From sequence record SRR16203515_705: a DNA stretch of 64,000 nucleotides; one strand, written 5' to 3'. The notes under the pieces are model-generated. The model saw only the letters and a program-made list of their open reading frames with translations. It made no database searches and had not been told where the DNA came from. The first letter of the stretch is position 1; every line of letters starts with the position of its first letter. Below are positions 1 through 11,067 of this stretch, piece by piece. The translations under genes were made by a program, and so were the position numbers.

Positions 1-954
1 CGAAACAATATCCCTGGCCGAAGTCGCCACACCTTCGCCATCGAACGCGGCGCTGCCCATACCGCCCACTATCAGCGGTTGCTCGTGAATTCTTACAAAC
101 TCAGGAAAGATTTTTTTGTCCAGATGATCGAGCAGAAAAGAAGCTTTACGGTATAACGCGCCCCCGCTAATCGCGCTGATAAAATGTCCCAAAAGACTTG
201 AAGCCACCGGTGCCTCGTAAATGACCGGCACCTTGCAGGTAGGTACCCGCCGTGCGCCGAGTCGACGAAGTGTTCGGCGAGCGGCTTGATCACCGACCTG
301 CACTGGCGTATCAAGATCACCGAGCCGTCGAGCTGAACTGTACCAATAATCACGCTGCATCGAATCGCCCACACCCGCAATTACAGAGCAACTAATTCCC
401 TGGCGGCTTTTTTGCGTGTGTCCGATAAAGCCCAGGCTATTTCCATATACCTCAACACCTTGATGCGCATCAACAGATGCGCCTTCGGAATTTACGATAC
501 GCGCATCTGCGCCGAGCGCAGATGCCTCACATTCAAGCGCGAGCGAGGAAGCCTCTTCTACCGAAGGCGTCCACGGATGATACAAGTCCAAATCCATCAC
601 ATCCTTCGCTAATCGTTCTGGATCTGCCAGCCCTATGCATCGATCCTCCTCAGTCCACTTTGCGATGTTGCAGGCAGCAAGCACCGTCTCTTTAACGGCA
701 GCCGGCGAGTAGTCAGAAGTACTTGCGCTCCCGGTTCGCTGCCCAAAATAAACCGAAACGACAAGATTTCGATCGCGGGTATGCTCTACCGTCTCAATCT
801 CGCTTTTTCTTACATTAACCGAGAGTCCCTGGCTAAGACTGGCCGCCGCCTCGGACGATGATGCCCCGCGACCGCCTGCCTCTTCCAAAGCAAGCTGAAC
901 GGCATCACTCAAACCCGCATCCACGCCAGTCGTGTTTTCTTCCGAGTCTTTCAT
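1..954 (-). CDS. pmbA: Metalloprotease PmbA/TldE (3' part runs off the window)
   Basis: Not in the ORF track. Hand translation from ATG 954: [26 protein letters not shown]...[41 protein letters not shown]...LDLYHPW. ATGA overlap with the tldD stop; canonical tldD-pmbA pair. Confidence 0.9.
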   Translation of the reverse strand, partial: MKDSEENTTGVDAGLSDAVQLALEEAGGRGASSSEAAASLSQGLSVNVRKSEIETVEHTRDRNLVVSVYFGQRTGSASTSDYSPAAVKETVLAACNIAKWTEEDRCIGLADPERLAKDVMDLDLYHPWTPSVEEASSLALECEASALGADARIVNSEGASVDAHQGVEVYGNSLGFIGHTQKSRQGISCSVIAGVGDSMQRDYWYSSARRLGDLDTPVQVGDQAARRTLRRLGARRVPTCKVPVIYEAPVASSLLGHFISAISGGALYRKASFLLDHLDKKIFPEFVRIHEQPLIVGGMGSAAFDGEGVATSARDIVS

Positions 955-2393
955 ACCTCGACTCCCCCAACCGTCAAGCCATCAATCCGCATCGTGGGTT
1001 GGCCCACTCCGACCGGCACACTCTGCCCATCTTTACCACAAGTACCAATACCGGAATCGAGCGCGAGGTCATTACCCACCATGCTTACTCGGGTTAAAAC
1101 GTCAGGGCCGTTTCCGATTAGTGTTGCGCCCTTCACTGGCGCACCCAATTTTCCCTTCTCTATTCGATAAGCTTCGCTGGCCGAAAACACAAATTTTCCA
1201 GAGGTAATGTCCACTTGACCACCCGAGAAATTCACAGCATAAAGACCTGAATCGACGGAAGACAAAATCTCCGCTGGATCATCTTGTCCCGCCAACATGT
1301 AGGTATTCGTCATTCGCGGCATTGGCAAATGCGCATAGGATTCGCGCCGTCCATTGCCCGTACTGTGAGTTCCCGTCAGCCGAGCGTTTAAAGAATCCTG
1401 CATGTAGCCTTTCAGTATGCCGTTCTCGATTAGAACCGTATTTTGGGAGGCCTCACCCTCATCATCCACACTTAATGAGCCACGCCGGTCAGGAATCGTC
1501 CCGTCGTCCACGATGGTACAAACAGATGATGCGACCCTTTCGCCCACTCGACCCGAAAAAGCAGAGGTCCCTTTTCTATTGAAGTCACCCTCAAGGCCGT
1601 GTCCAATCGCTTCGTGCAATAGGATCCCCGGCCAACCCGAACCTAAAACGACCGTCATTGTTCCTGCCGGTGAATCAATGGCATCCAGATTAACTAACGC
1701 TTGTCGAACTGCCTCCCGCGCGAAAGATTTAGCACGGTCCTCCTCAAGCAGCCATTGATATCCATATCGCCCACCACCACCATAACTCCCCTGTTCGCGT
1801 CGACCCGCCTGTTCAGCAATCACGGTGATATTGAGCCGGATTAAAGGACGCACATCCGCAACCATCTCCCCGTCACTTCGCGCCACCAAGACCACATCGT
1901 GAACCAAAGCAAGGCTTGCCATCACCTGGCTCACCCTCGGATCCGAGGCTCGCGCTTCTGACTCAACAAGCTGGAGCAGTTTGATCTTGTCTTCGCTTGC
2001 GAGGCTCGTCAGTGGATCAGCGGTCGAATACAGCGCCGGAGCGGTTCGCGATTCAAACGCTATTTGGTTGATCCCGCCGCCATGATTTGAGATTGATCGC
2101 GCCGCTTCGGCCGCCTTCTCCAGCGCTGAAAAATTAAGCGCGTCTGAATAAGCAAAACCTGTTTTTTCACCGCTCACCGCGCGGAGGCCCGCACCCTGAT
2201 CCGTGCTTCGACTACCCGATTTCACTTTCCCATCCTCAAGTGACCAGCCTTCTTGGCGGGAATGCTGAAAATAGATATCCGCGTAATCAATCTTATTCCC
2301 CGCTAATCGACCCATTAATTCATCTATATCGGTTAATTGCAGGCCACTTGGCGAAAGCAGAATGTCATTCGCGATATTCAGGGGATCAGTCAT
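951..2393 (-). CDS. tldD: Metalloprotease TldD
   Basis: 480 aa; [48 protein letters not shown] motifs. Confidence 0.96.
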   Translation of the reverse strand: MTDPLNIANDILLSPSGLQLTDIDELMGRLAGNKIDYADIYFQHSRQEGWSLEDGKVKSGSRSTDQGAGLRAVSGEKTGFAYSDALNFSALEKAAEAARSISNHGGGINQIAFESRTAPALYSTADPLTSLASEDKIKLLQLVESEARASDPRVSQVMASLALVHDVVLVARSDGEMVADVRPLIRLNITVIAEQAGRREQGSYGGGGRYGYQWLLEEDRAKSFAREAVRQALVNLDAIDSPAGTMTVVLGSGWPGILLHEAIGHGLEGDFNRKGTSAFSGRVGERVASSVCTIVDDGTIPDRRGSLSVDDEGEASQNTVLIENGILKGYMQDSLNARLTGTHSTGNGRRESYAHLPMPRMTNTYMLAGQDDPAEILSSVDSGLYAVNFSGGQVDITSGKFVFSASEAYRIEKGKLGAPVKGATLIGNGPDVLTRVSMVGNDLALDSGIGTCGKDGQSVPVGVGQPTMRIDGLTVGGVEV

Positions 2394-2582
2394 TGTTTAT
2401 CCTAATTTGGCAGTCAAAATGTACGTTTTAGTAACTTCTATATTTTAGAGTGTTTGGAAATTAGCACGCCGGATGTTAATCAAAAGTTAATGCTGTGCGC
2501 GGGCACTTATTGAGAGCCGACACGTCTTATGTTCAACAGGACGCAAGTTTTTAAAAAATGCGCTGTCATTAAATCAGTTTTT

Positions 2583-2635
2583 ACTTATTGATAATTTAAT
2601 AATGATAAGTTCGGTAAAACATAAATTGAATTTAT
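2583..2635. promoter_or_regulatory. AT-rich inverted repeats in the divergent tldD/aprM promoter region (candidate operator)
   Basis: Perfect 7-1-7 palindrome ATAAATT-G-AATTTAT (2621-2635) and ACTTAT...ATAAGT (2583-2610). The region is AT-rich, so chance is possible. Confidence 0.3.
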
Positions 2636-2724
2636 TGCCCAAGAGAAAGCATTGGCTTGTGCTTAGGGCCCGGTTCCCTCAGATTCATGCCATCTCTCGA
2701 AGACTACTAAGGAAATACTAACTT

Positions 2725-3510
2725 ATGCTGACCCACAACCCCTTTGCGGATCTATTCCCGGCCGCGCTGATGCAAGGCTACGTCATCCTGATGGTCCTGC
2801 TTGTTCTCGGAAGCACGATCTTCGATACCATCCACAAGAAGAGCGCCAAATATTTTTTCCAGGCAGCTGAGAAATCTAAGAAAAGCCAAACCCGGAGCAT
2901 CTCTGGCGGGGAAAAGACCTCGATCGCGGTAAAGACTGCCGTTAATGAAGTCATGCTCTCGAGTGAATTTTGTAATGCGCGACGTCGGATCGCCCATTTG
3001 CTCGGCATGTATGGCTTTGTGATGTTTTTGATCACCACAATCATCTTAATCTTTTCATACCCCACGTCAGCGACACCTGCCCCAGCGCTGGTAACAGGGC
3101 TTTGGCATATCGGCGCGTTAATGGTCGCCGTGGGAGGCTACTGGTTTTGGTTCTTTATCCGGGTTGATGTCGCCGCAGAGGGAAATGTCTGGTACAAAAT
3201 TATGCGAGCAGACCTTTTCATCCTGGCCCTTTTAGCGACCACAACGTTTGCTCTTATCTGGTCTTATCTTCAGATGAACGCGGGCGGGCTTTGGACACAA
3301 ATCATCCTAGCGCTTTTCATTATTTCAAGCACAACGTTGTTCGGCACCGTGCTGTGGTCCAAGTTTGCTCATATGTTTTTCAAACCCGCCGCTGCATTTC
3401 AGAAGCGGGTCCAGGAAGCCGATGGGTCACGAGCAAACCTTCCGGCGCCAGCCGATAAACCCGCGCAATTTGGCCTCGGAATCAAACGCGAGCCTGCGCG
3501 CCACTACTAA
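2725..3510 (+). CDS. aprM: APS reductase membrane anchor AprM
   Basis: 261 aa multi-TM protein (HKKSAKYFF, RRIAHLLGMYGF, WSKFAHMFFKP) directly upstream of aprBA. Confidence 0.9.
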   Translation: MLTHNPFADLFPAALMQGYVILMVLLVLGSTIFDTIHKKSAKYFFQAAEKSKKSQTRSISGGEKTSIAVKTAVNEVMLSSEFCNARRRIAHLLGMYGFVMFLITTIILIFSYPTSATPAPALVTGLWHIGALMVAVGGYWFWFFIRVDVAAEGNVWYKIMRADLFILALLATTTFALIWSYLQMNAGGLWTQIILALFIISSTTLFGTVLWSKFAHMFFKPAAAFQKRVQEADGSRANLPAPADKPAQFGLGIKREPARHY

Positions 3511-3590
3511 TTAGCAAGAATCACACTGAGGACATTCTTGGCGACCTTGCTAACAAGGGAGCCCGGAAGACTCTAATTAAGGAGAAATAG

Positions 3591-4061
3591 ATGCCTACTT
3601 TTGTTTACATGACTAAATGCGACGGATGCGGCCACTGCGTTGATATCTGTCCATCTGACATCATGCATATCGATAAAACCTATCGTCGCGCCATGAATAT
3701 CGAACCCAATATGTGCTGGGAGTGCTATTCCTGCGTCAAGGCGTGCCCGCAGAACGCCATTGATGCGAGGGGTTACGCAGATTTCGCACCGATGGGCCAT
3801 AGTGTTCGCGTGTTGCGAGAGGAAGAAAAAGGGACCATTTCCTGGAAAATTAAATTCCGGAATGGTGAGGTCAAGGATTTTGTGTCGCCGATCACCACGC
3901 AGCCTTGGGGTGAAAAAATTCCAAAGCTTGCTGAGCTGGCAGAACCCACTCAAGAAGAAGTCGATTCACAGCTTCTCTGGTCTGAGCCGGATGCGCTTAA
4001 TATCGAGCGCGGCCTTCCGGAGATCGACAAAAGCAAATTCAAACAGGGAGTGTATTACTAA
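3591..4061 (+). CDS. aprB: Adenylylsulfate reductase beta subunit
   Basis: MPTFVYMTKCDGCGHCVDICPSD and CWECYSCVKACP (two 4Fe-4S motifs). Confidence 0.97.
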   Translation: MPTFVYMTKCDGCGHCVDICPSDIMHIDKTYRRAMNIEPNMCWECYSCVKACPQNAIDARGYADFAPMGHSVRVLREEEKGTISWKIKFRNGEVKDFVSPITTQPWGEKIPKLAELAEPTQEEVDSQLLWSEPDALNIERGLPEIDKSKFKQGVYY

Positions 4062-5893
4062 TGGGTTTTAAAACCGTATTTGAAGATTGCGACATCCTCG
4101 TCGTTGGTGGCGGGATGGGCGGAACAGGCGCAGCTTACGAGGCACGCCATTGGGGGCGCGACATGAAAATCGTCGTGGCCGAAAAAGCGAATATTGACCG
4201 GAGTGGCGCCGTCGCGCAGGGACTCTACGCGATCAACTGCTACATGGGAATGCAGTGGGACGAAAACCAGCCAGAAGATCATGTGCGCTATGCCCGAAAT
4301 GATCTTATGGGGATGGTCCGTGAAGACCTTGCCTATGATATGGCTCGGCACGTTGATTCCACAGTTCATAAGTTTGAAGAATGGGGCCTGCCCCTAATGC
4401 GTGATCCTGAAACGGGTCGGTATCAGCGAGAAGGCAAATGGCAGATCATGATTCACGGCGAAAGCTATAAGCCAATCGTCGCAGAGGCCGCCAAAAAGTC
4501 CGCAGATAAGATTTATAACCGAATCATGGTCACCCACCTCCTGATGGACGAAAGCAAGGCAAACCGCGTAGGCGGTGCGATTGGCTTCAACGTGAGAACG
4601 GGTGATTTACATGTCTTTAAAGCAAAGGCCACTATTGTCGGCGCGGGCGGCGCGTCGCATATCTACAAACCTCGTTCTGTTGGCGAGGGCATGGGACGCA
4701 CCTGGTATGCCCCCTGGAGTAGTGCTTCTGCCTACGCGTTACCGATCATGGCGGGCGCCAAAATGACACAGATGGAAAACCGTATTGTGCTTTGTCGTTT
4801 CAAAGACGGGTACGGACCTGTGGGCGCCTACTTCCTGCACCTTAAGACGTATACCCAAAACGCTTACGGGGATGAGTACGAGTCAAAGTGGTACGACAAC
4901 ACGAAAGAACTCGTTGGCGATTACATTGATCATCACCCGACACCAACCTGTCTTCGAAACCATGCATTCCTGAAGGAAGTGGCAGCGGGCCGTGGCCCCA
5001 TCCATATGGTCACAAAAGAAGCGTTTCAGGATCCCCACAAAGAAACCGTGGGTTGGGAAAACTTCCTCGGCATGACCGTCTCGCAAGCCGTTGTCTGGGC
5101 CTCCCAAGATATCGATCCTCGGTATACCAACCCTGAGCTGACGACATCAGAGCCTTACGTCATGGGCTCCCATGCAACGTGCTCTGGCGCGTGGGCCAGT
5201 GGGCCAGAAGACGTATCTCCGAGCGAGTATTTCTGGGGCTATAACCGGATGATGACCGTTGAAGGTCTGTTTGGTGCAGGAGATGCGCTGGGCGGAACTG
5301 CGCACGCGTTCTCCTCTGGGTCGTTCACAGAAGGTCGTCTTGCCGCAAAAGCCGCAGTGAAATATGTCCGCGAGCGAGCAAACGAAAAGATTGTTATCTC
5401 TGATAAGCAAATCGAGGAGCGTCGCGAAGAGATCTATCGACCGCTCGAGACCTACGAAGTGGGTCGCAATGAAATCGTGGGCGGAACCGTATCCCCAAGC
5501 TACATCCTTCCGATTCAAGGGCTTCAACGCCTTGAGAAACTGATGGATGAGTATGCCGGGGGTCTTACGGTCAACTACATGACCAATGAACCACTTCTGC
5601 TTAGGGGTCTCGAACTCCTGAAAACAATGCATGAAGATTTTGAATTCCTGGGTGCTGAAGATTTGCATCAGCTACAGCGCGCGTGGGAACTCAAGCATCG
5701 AGCAATCGCTTCCGAGTGTGTTGTGCAGCACACTCTGTTTCGAAAAGAAACGCGGTGGCCGGGTTACTACTATCGCGGTGATGCCATGCAGCTTGATGAT
5801 GAAAACTGGCATGTTCTTACGGTGTCTCATCGGGATCCTGAGTCCGGAGAGTACACAATGGAAAAGGCGCCTGTGTATCATATTGTCGATTAA
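4061..5893 (+). CDS. aprA: Adenylylsulfate reductase alpha subunit
   Basis: 610 aa FAD flavoprotein; RSGAVAQGLYAINCY, WQIMIHGESYKP, ETRWPGYYYR. Confidence 0.97.
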   Translation: MGFKTVFEDCDILVVGGGMGGTGAAYEARHWGRDMKIVVAEKANIDRSGAVAQGLYAINCYMGMQWDENQPEDHVRYARNDLMGMVREDLAYDMARHVDSTVHKFEEWGLPLMRDPETGRYQREGKWQIMIHGESYKPIVAEAAKKSADKIYNRIMVTHLLMDESKANRVGGAIGFNVRTGDLHVFKAKATIVGAGGASHIYKPRSVGEGMGRTWYAPWSSASAYALPIMAGAKMTQMENRIVLCRFKDGYGPVGAYFLHLKTYTQNAYGDEYESKWYDNTKELVGDYIDHHPTPTCLRNHAFLKEVAAGRGPIHMVTKEAFQDPHKETVGWENFLGMTVSQAVVWASQDIDPRYTNPELTTSEPYVMGSHATCSGAWASGPEDVSPSEYFWGYNRMMTVEGLFGAGDALGGTAHAFSSGSFTEGRLAAKAAVKYVRERANEKIVISDKQIEERREEIYRPLETYEVGRNEIVGGTVSPSYILPIQGLQRLEKLMDEYAGGLTVNYMTNEPLLLRGLELLKTMHEDFEFLGAEDLHQLQRAWELKHRAIASECVVQHTLFRKETRWPGYYYRGDAMQLDDENWHVLTVSHRDPESGEYTMEKAPVYHIVD

Positions 5894-5909
5894 TCAGCCG
5901 GTGTTCTTT

Positions 5910-5939
5910 AAAACGGGCCCACATGGGCCCGTTTTTTTT
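5910..5939 (+). terminator. Rho-independent terminator after aprA
   Basis: AAAACGGGCCC-ACAT-GGGCCCGTTTT followed by further Ts. Confidence 0.85.
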
Positions 5940-6033
5940 GCGCCCGTTCTGGCTACCACGAACACCTTATTCACTGAACATAACAACGATCACGTATAGT
6001 TAAATCTCGATCTCAAAATTTTTCGCGTCAAAA

Positions 6034-7539
6034 ATGCCAATAGATTCAAATTTCAGAAACGAACAGCTCGCTGGTGAAACTAACCTTGGTGCTTCCTCCC
6101 AGGAAATTGATGCACTGTTAGCTCCCATCCTGGATCAGGGCGCAACACGAGACCAAATTCCTGAACTCCTTCGCAGTTCGTGGGCCCATCTTCAGAACCT
6201 GCGAGAAACTCTCACAACGATTAGTACCGTTGGCGAGGCAATTCCATCATTGCATCTCGACCAAGCAATATCCCTTACAGCAGCAGACGCCCTTGATCTT
6301 TCGGGTATTGGGACTGCAGTGCAGTCATGTCTGGCAGACCCCGCAAACCAACAACTCGAAAAATCCATCCAAGCCAATCTGCTCTACGCCCTTTCATTAG
6401 CAGCCTTACTTTCCCAGTCTTATCGAGATGGCGCACGATATCTCGAAAAGGCCTCTGAGCTCTGTGAAAGCCATCCACAAGATCGGTGGCGGTATGAAAA
6501 TGCGCGCGCACAAGCGCTGACAGATCTGGGCCGGGAGTTTCTTGACAATCAAGCGCTAACAGAGGCCGTGGATTTATTTGAATCATCAGTGCTTCCTCTT
6601 GTTGATAAAGAAAAAGACTCTCATCAGTGGGCGATCTCAAAAACGCGCCACGGTGTCGCGCTGGGCATTTTAGGGCAGCGTCAAAAAGGCACAAAAATGC
6701 TGGAGCAAGCAATTTGTTCATTTCATGAAGTCATCGACGCTTGCGATAGTGAGTCCGAATCACTGGAGTGGGCAACAGCACAAAACAGCTTAGGCAACGC
6801 ACTGGGTATTTTGGCTCATCGTCAAAATGATCTCGAAATGCTTGAGTCCGCGGCAAATGCTTTTGAAAGAGCCTTATCAGTACGATCACAAGAAACCTGT
6901 CCGTGGGATTGGGCCGCTTCCCAGAATAATCTAGGTGCTGTTCTTCAAAGCCTTGGCCAGCGGAAAAATGATACACAACTCCTAAAACGATCAGTTGATT
7001 GTTACAAACTGGTGTTACTTGCTTGGACCCGCGACCGTGCACCCCTGCATTGGGCAACCACATTCAATAATCTCGGTACTGCACTTCGGGCACTTGGCGA
7101 GAAACGAAAAGGACCTCGAACACTCGAGCAAGCCGTCGCGGCCTATCGAAATGCAATTGCGGAACGCACTCGTGAGCGTGTGCCTCAGCAGTGGGCAATG
7201 ACCCAGAATGATCTCGGCACAGCTCTGCAAAAACTAGGTGAGCGGACTGAAGATATCAAATTCTTTAATGAAGCGATCAACGCTTATCAGAGTGCACTTC
7301 TGGAATGGACGCAAGAAAAAAGTCCCATGACTTGGGCGATGACGGCCGCTAATTTGGCAATTGCTCAAAAAAGTCTGGCGGAACGCTTAGGGGATGCAGG
7401 CACCGCAGGCCTCGCGCTATCGAGCTTTGAGGCTGTCGCCGAGGTTTTTCGAAGCGCGAGTCACGCGAGGTACTATCAGTTCGCCACAGAGCAAATAGCA
7501 AAGACCCGCACCTTGCTTGATAGCCTAGCGGCCTCCTGA
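6034..7539 (+). CDS. Tetratricopeptide-repeat protein
   Basis: 501 aa; about six ~42-aa repeats WAxxQNxLGxALxxLGxR...LxxAxxxYxxAL. Confidence 0.85.
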   Translation: MPIDSNFRNEQLAGETNLGASSQEIDALLAPILDQGATRDQIPELLRSSWAHLQNLRETLTTISTVGEAIPSLHLDQAISLTAADALDLSGIGTAVQSCLADPANQQLEKSIQANLLYALSLAALLSQSYRDGARYLEKASELCESHPQDRWRYENARAQALTDLGREFLDNQALTEAVDLFESSVLPLVDKEKDSHQWAISKTRHGVALGILGQRQKGTKMLEQAICSFHEVIDACDSESESLEWATAQNSLGNALGILAHRQNDLEMLESAANAFERALSVRSQETCPWDWAASQNNLGAVLQSLGQRKNDTQLLKRSVDCYKLVLLAWTRDRAPLHWATTFNNLGTALRALGEKRKGPRTLEQAVAAYRNAIAERTRERVPQQWAMTQNDLGTALQKLGERTEDIKFFNEAINAYQSALLEWTQEKSPMTWAMTAANLAIAQKSLAERLGDAGTAGLALSSFEAVAEVFRSASHARYYQFATEQIAKTRTLLDSLAAS

Positions 7540-8379
7540 ATCGACATGACGCTCTGCATCTTCGCAGAGACCCGTTGCGTTTAACCTAAACAATACGAAC
7601 GTGAGATCGTCAGGTTTAGAGGGTAATCCTTCTTGCACATTGGTCATACGGCTGATCGCCGTTTCGGCAAGCGTCTGGGCAGACGCTTCTAGTTCTCCCG
7701 ACTGAATAATCTCGATGATCTCGGAGACGTAAAGATTATCCCAAAGCCCATCGGACGCAATCAGAACCGTATCTCGAGCAGCAAGCTTGGCCTCATGCTT
7801 TTCAAGCCAAAAAGCCGGATCGCCCAACATATTATTTAGGTAATGGCGCTTTGGATGATGTAACGCCTCTCTTTCATCGATAAGACCGAGCGTTTCGCTG
7901 ACACCAACCGGTGAGTGACTATCCACACGGAGCTTCACTCGCCCTCTTTGGCCCACCACCAACATGAGTGAGTCTCCCGCATGGCTACTCAACACTGAAC
8001 CATCTGGCTTGACTAGCGTTACTGAAAGCGTCGTAGCCGCCCTCGGAATCTCTTTTAGTAGTTCTTTATTCGCATCTTTTATTAAATCTTCAAGGCAAGA
8101 CCTATTCTTGCGTTCAATCCACCTGCCAATCTTTTGAATAACAAATTCAGAGGCTTCACGCCCTTTGGGTAATCCACCCACGCCATCTGCAACCGCAAGG
8201 CACACCTCGCCGGTATCCATCTCAAAAATGCCCATTGCATCCTCATTGACGCCGGGTTGCCCAGGGCAAGGTTGGGTAAAGACAACCGCTTGTCCAGAAT
8301 CCAGAACGACGACATGCGGCGCATCCAGACGTTCGCCGCTCAGGCACATTGGTGTCTGCAAAATCTTAGATTCGGCCAT
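7525..8379 (-). CDS. PP2C/PPM-family Ser/Thr protein phosphatase
   Basis: NEDA, VADGVGG, HAGDS, SDGLWD, DDLT motifs. Confidence 0.88.
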   Translation of the reverse strand: MAESKILQTPMCLSGERLDAPHVVVLDSGQAVVFTQPCPGQPGVNEDAMGIFEMDTGEVCLAVADGVGGLPKGREASEFVIQKIGRWIERKNRSCLEDLIKDANKELLKEIPRAATTLSVTLVKPDGSVLSSHAGDSLMLVVGQRGRVKLRVDSHSPVGVSETLGLIDEREALHHPKRHYLNNMLGDPAFWLEKHEAKLAARDTVLIASDGLWDNLYVSEIIEIIQSGELEASAQTLAETAISRMTNVQEGLPSKPDDLTFVLFRLNATGLCEDAERHVDSGGR

Positions 8380-8391
8380 TGGCTGCGCGAC

Positions 8392-9123
8392 CTATTGCCA
8401 CTCCATAAACTCTAAGTGCTGGCACAGTTGGCCTGCACTTTTGAATTCTTTTGCGATGAGGGAGCGCTTCAAGCCCTTACAGATATCCTTAACTTCCTGT
8501 GGATGACGGCGATACCGGCGGGCCCCTCCAATTGCATCATAAAAAATCCGGATAAGATCAAACACGTCGTGTTGGATATGTTCGGCATTCGGGGCTCCCC
8601 AACTAAACATATCTAACAGTTTAAGATCAAATCCAAGCCCGTGACGAAGCACGATGACATTATCGCTATGTAGATCGCCATGGTACTCCCCAACATTATG
8701 AATCGCCTCTATACCCAGTGCGATCGCATGTAAGAGATGAAGGCCCTGGAATGCACCGAGACATCGGCCCGGCTGCCGTTTCAAGAAATCCGATAGTAAC
8801 TCGCCCTCCACATATTCAGATACTAAAAAAGAAACCGTCGTGTCGTTGAACTGAAAACTGTCGCGGGTGTGGTACTGAATAACCACCGGGCAATGCCGAA
8901 GCTTATGAAGTTTTCGGGCATAAAACCGTAAGGCACGATTACCCGGATTACGATGAGGGAAAAAGATTTTTACGGTGCGCTCGATTCGAGTTCCTTTTTC
9001 TCTGACCAGATAAACTTCGCCTTCCCAGCCGGCGCCCAGACGAGAGACCACTTCATACTTGCCTCCCAATTGACTGCCAGAATGAAGATCAAAACTAGTA
9101 ATGCGGGGAGAGAGCTTTTTCAT
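8392..9123 (-). CDS. Protein kinase-fold protein (atypical Ser/Thr kinase)
   Basis: LGAGWEGEVY Gly loop, TVKIF Lys, YHGDLHSDNV catalytic loop, LKLLDMF in place of DFG; adjacent to the PP2C gene. Confidence 0.8.
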   Translation of the reverse strand: MKKLSPRITSFDLHSGSQLGGKYEVVSRLGAGWEGEVYLVREKGTRIERTVKIFFPHRNPGNRALRFYARKLHKLRHCPVVIQYHTRDSFQFNDTTVSFLVSEYVEGELLSDFLKRQPGRCLGAFQGLHLLHAIALGIEAIHNVGEYHGDLHSDNVIVLRHGLGFDLKLLDMFSWGAPNAEHIQHDVFDLIRIFYDAIGGARRYRRHPQEVKDICKGLKRSLIAKEFKSAGQLCQHLEFMEWQ

Positions 9124-9132
9124 ACGGTCAAA

Positions 9133-9564
9133 TCAATCAGGAGCCAGAAATAATTCCATCATCTGATGATCGATCCCGGCATCCAGAAACACATCGCCAT
9201 AAACCGAAAAACCGGCGCGTTTGTAGAACGAAATAGCGGGTAACTGAGCTCCCAGATAAACTCGCGTCAGATTATGTTTTCGACCCTGCTTAACGAGCTC
9301 GTCCAGCAGCGCTCTTCCGATCCCCTTCTGTCGATAAGCCCTTAACACCGCCATGCGCCCAATTTTTCCACAAATGAGCATTCGGCCCGTCCCGACCACT
9401 TGGGCATGATCGAGAAAGGCAGCCACGTGAATGGCCGTCTCATCTTCGCCATCGACCTCTAACTCAGGGGGAACCCCCTGCTCGTTGACAAACACCTCAT
9501 AGCGAATTCGGCACAGGTCCTGCTCATCAGTGCGCCAGTCAGCCAATCGAGTTGAAAACATCAA
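9133..9564 (-). CDS. GNAT N-acetyltransferase (YjcF/ElaA-like)
   Basis: IRYEVFVNEQGVP, KIGRMAVL, RQKGIG, FYKRAGF. Confidence 0.88.
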   Translation of the reverse strand: MMFSTRLADWRTDEQDLCRIRYEVFVNEQGVPPELEVDGEDETAIHVAAFLDHAQVVGTGRMLICGKIGRMAVLRAYRQKGIGRALLDELVKQGRKHNLTRVYLGAQLPAISFYKRAGFSVYGDVFLDAGIDHQMMELFLAPD

Positions 9565-9591
9565 GAAGAAAATAAAAAGACGGCAGCGCGG

Positions 9592-10446
9592 CTAAGAGCG
9601 CGATGAGGGATCATCGTCATCAAGGCGGTCAAATTCGGCGATACCGGCTTCCATCTCGCGATCAAGCGCCTCGTCCTCAACGCTTGCCGCATCAGCCTGG
9701 GCTCGAGTTTGAGGCTTAATTGATTTAGAGACATAAAGTCCAAGCTCAAAAAGAACCCAAACTGGGATCGCGAGCATCAGTTGAGAAAAAATGTCAGGCG
9801 GTGTCATCAACATGCCGACGACAAAAGCTCCGACAATAATGTAGGGACGCTTCGCGGCAAGACTCTCCGGCGTTGTCATCCCCATGCGAACGAGTAACAC
9901 CGTCGCAACAGGCACCTCGAACGCTAGGCCGAATGCAAAAAAGAGCTTAAGAACAAAACTCAAATATGAACTGATATCAGTCATCACCAGAACACCCTCA
10001 GGCGCGGTGCTGGTGAAGAAAGCAAAAATGACCGGGAACACAACAAAATATGCGAACAAGATCCCAAGATAAAAAAGAACACTGCTAGAGATTAATAAAG
10101 GAACCGTCAAGCGTTTTTCATGATCGTAAAGACCTGGCGCGACAAATGCCCATAATTGATAAAGAAGATAGGGCATTGCCACAGCGGTTGCAAAGGCGAA
10201 TGCAAACTTAAATGGCACAAAAAAGGGGCCATGGGGCTCGGTCGAAATCATCGAGTTCCCCGCTGGCAGAGCCGCCATCAGGGGTTGTGCGAGATATTCA
10301 TAAAGGGTGTTCGCAAATGGTGCGGCGGCGATAAACAAGACCAATACTGCCCCGCCGCCCCGCATCAGGCGATCCCGAAGCTCCAAAAGATGCGACATGA
10401 ATGTCGCGCCCGGCGCATCTGGACGATTCGTAGTTTCGTTCACCAA
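9592..10446 (-). CDS. tatC: Tat translocase subunit TatC
   Basis: HLLELRDRL, YQLWAFVAPGLY, AFGLAFEVP, MTPPDIFSQ. Confidence 0.96.
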   Translation of the reverse strand: MVNETTNRPDAPGATFMSHLLELRDRLMRGGGAVLVLFIAAAPFANTLYEYLAQPLMAALPAGNSMISTEPHGPFFVPFKFAFAFATAVAMPYLLYQLWAFVAPGLYDHEKRLTVPLLISSSVLFYLGILFAYFVVFPVIFAFFTSTAPEGVLVMTDISSYLSFVLKLFFAFGLAFEVPVATVLLVRMGMTTPESLAAKRPYIIVGAFVVGMLMTPPDIFSQLMLAIPVWVLFELGLYVSKSIKPQTRAQADAASVEDEALDREMEAGIAEFDRLDDDDPSSRS

Positions 10447-10454
10447 CTGCTACT

Positions 10455-10799
10455 TTAGTTCGTGCCGGCTTTATCGGCGATATCTTGATTCATCGCGTTG
10501 GCAGACTCTTTAATGGAGTCGACTACATCACCCATCGCATCATCTTTCGCTATCGACTCCGCCGTCTTTGTGAGATCACTCTTGATGCTGGTTACTTCCT
10601 CACCGAGTTTGCGCATGTCGGCTAATTCGCTTTCTCTTATCTCTCGATCGATATCGGTCTTGACCGCCGATACCATGCGGCGCGCACGGCCCACCCACAT
10701 ACCCGCAGTTCTCGCGGCACGCGGCAGTCGCTCCGGACCCAGCACAATTAGTGCGATAGCCGCAATAATGACGATCTCAAGAAAGCCGATATCGAACAT
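10455..10799 (-). CDS. tatB: Tat translocase subunit TatB
   Basis: MFDIGFLE...LGPERLP. Confidence 0.95.
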   Translation of the reverse strand: MFDIGFLEIVIIAAIALIVLGPERLPRAARTAGMWVGRARRMVSAVKTDIDREIRESELADMRKLGEEVTSIKSDLTKTAESIAKDDAMGDVVDSIKESANAMNQDIADKAGTN

Positions 10800-10818
10800 G
10801 ACGCTTCCTCAGAATCAG

Positions 10819-11067
10819 TTAGACTTTCGCGTCGCTTTTTTCCGAATCTGACTCTTCGGACGACTCAGCAAGACTCTCTGTTGATGAGGCTGCATCGCCC
10901 TCGGAGGGTTCATCGCTGGTGGCGCCATCCTTCATCGTACTGCGAAATCCTTTGACCGCACCTCCTAGGTCAGACCCAAGATTTCTTAATTTCTTGGTTC
11001 CAAACAACAGAAGGACGATAACCAACACAATCAGCAACTGCCAAATACTTATACCACCTAATCCCAT
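10819..11067 (-). CDS. tatA: Tat translocase subunit TatA
   Basis: [30 protein letters not shown]. Confidence 0.95.
   Translation of the reverse strand: MGLGGISIWQLLIVLVIVLLLFGTKKLRNLGSDLGGAVKGFRSTMKDGATSDEPSEGDAASSTESLAESSEESDSEKSDAKV

Noticed and set aside
93-1207. Short ORF-track calls at the window start and the many antisense or overlapping ORFs throughout
   Set aside because: They are shadows of pmbA, tldD and other well-supported genes, with no recognisable motifs.
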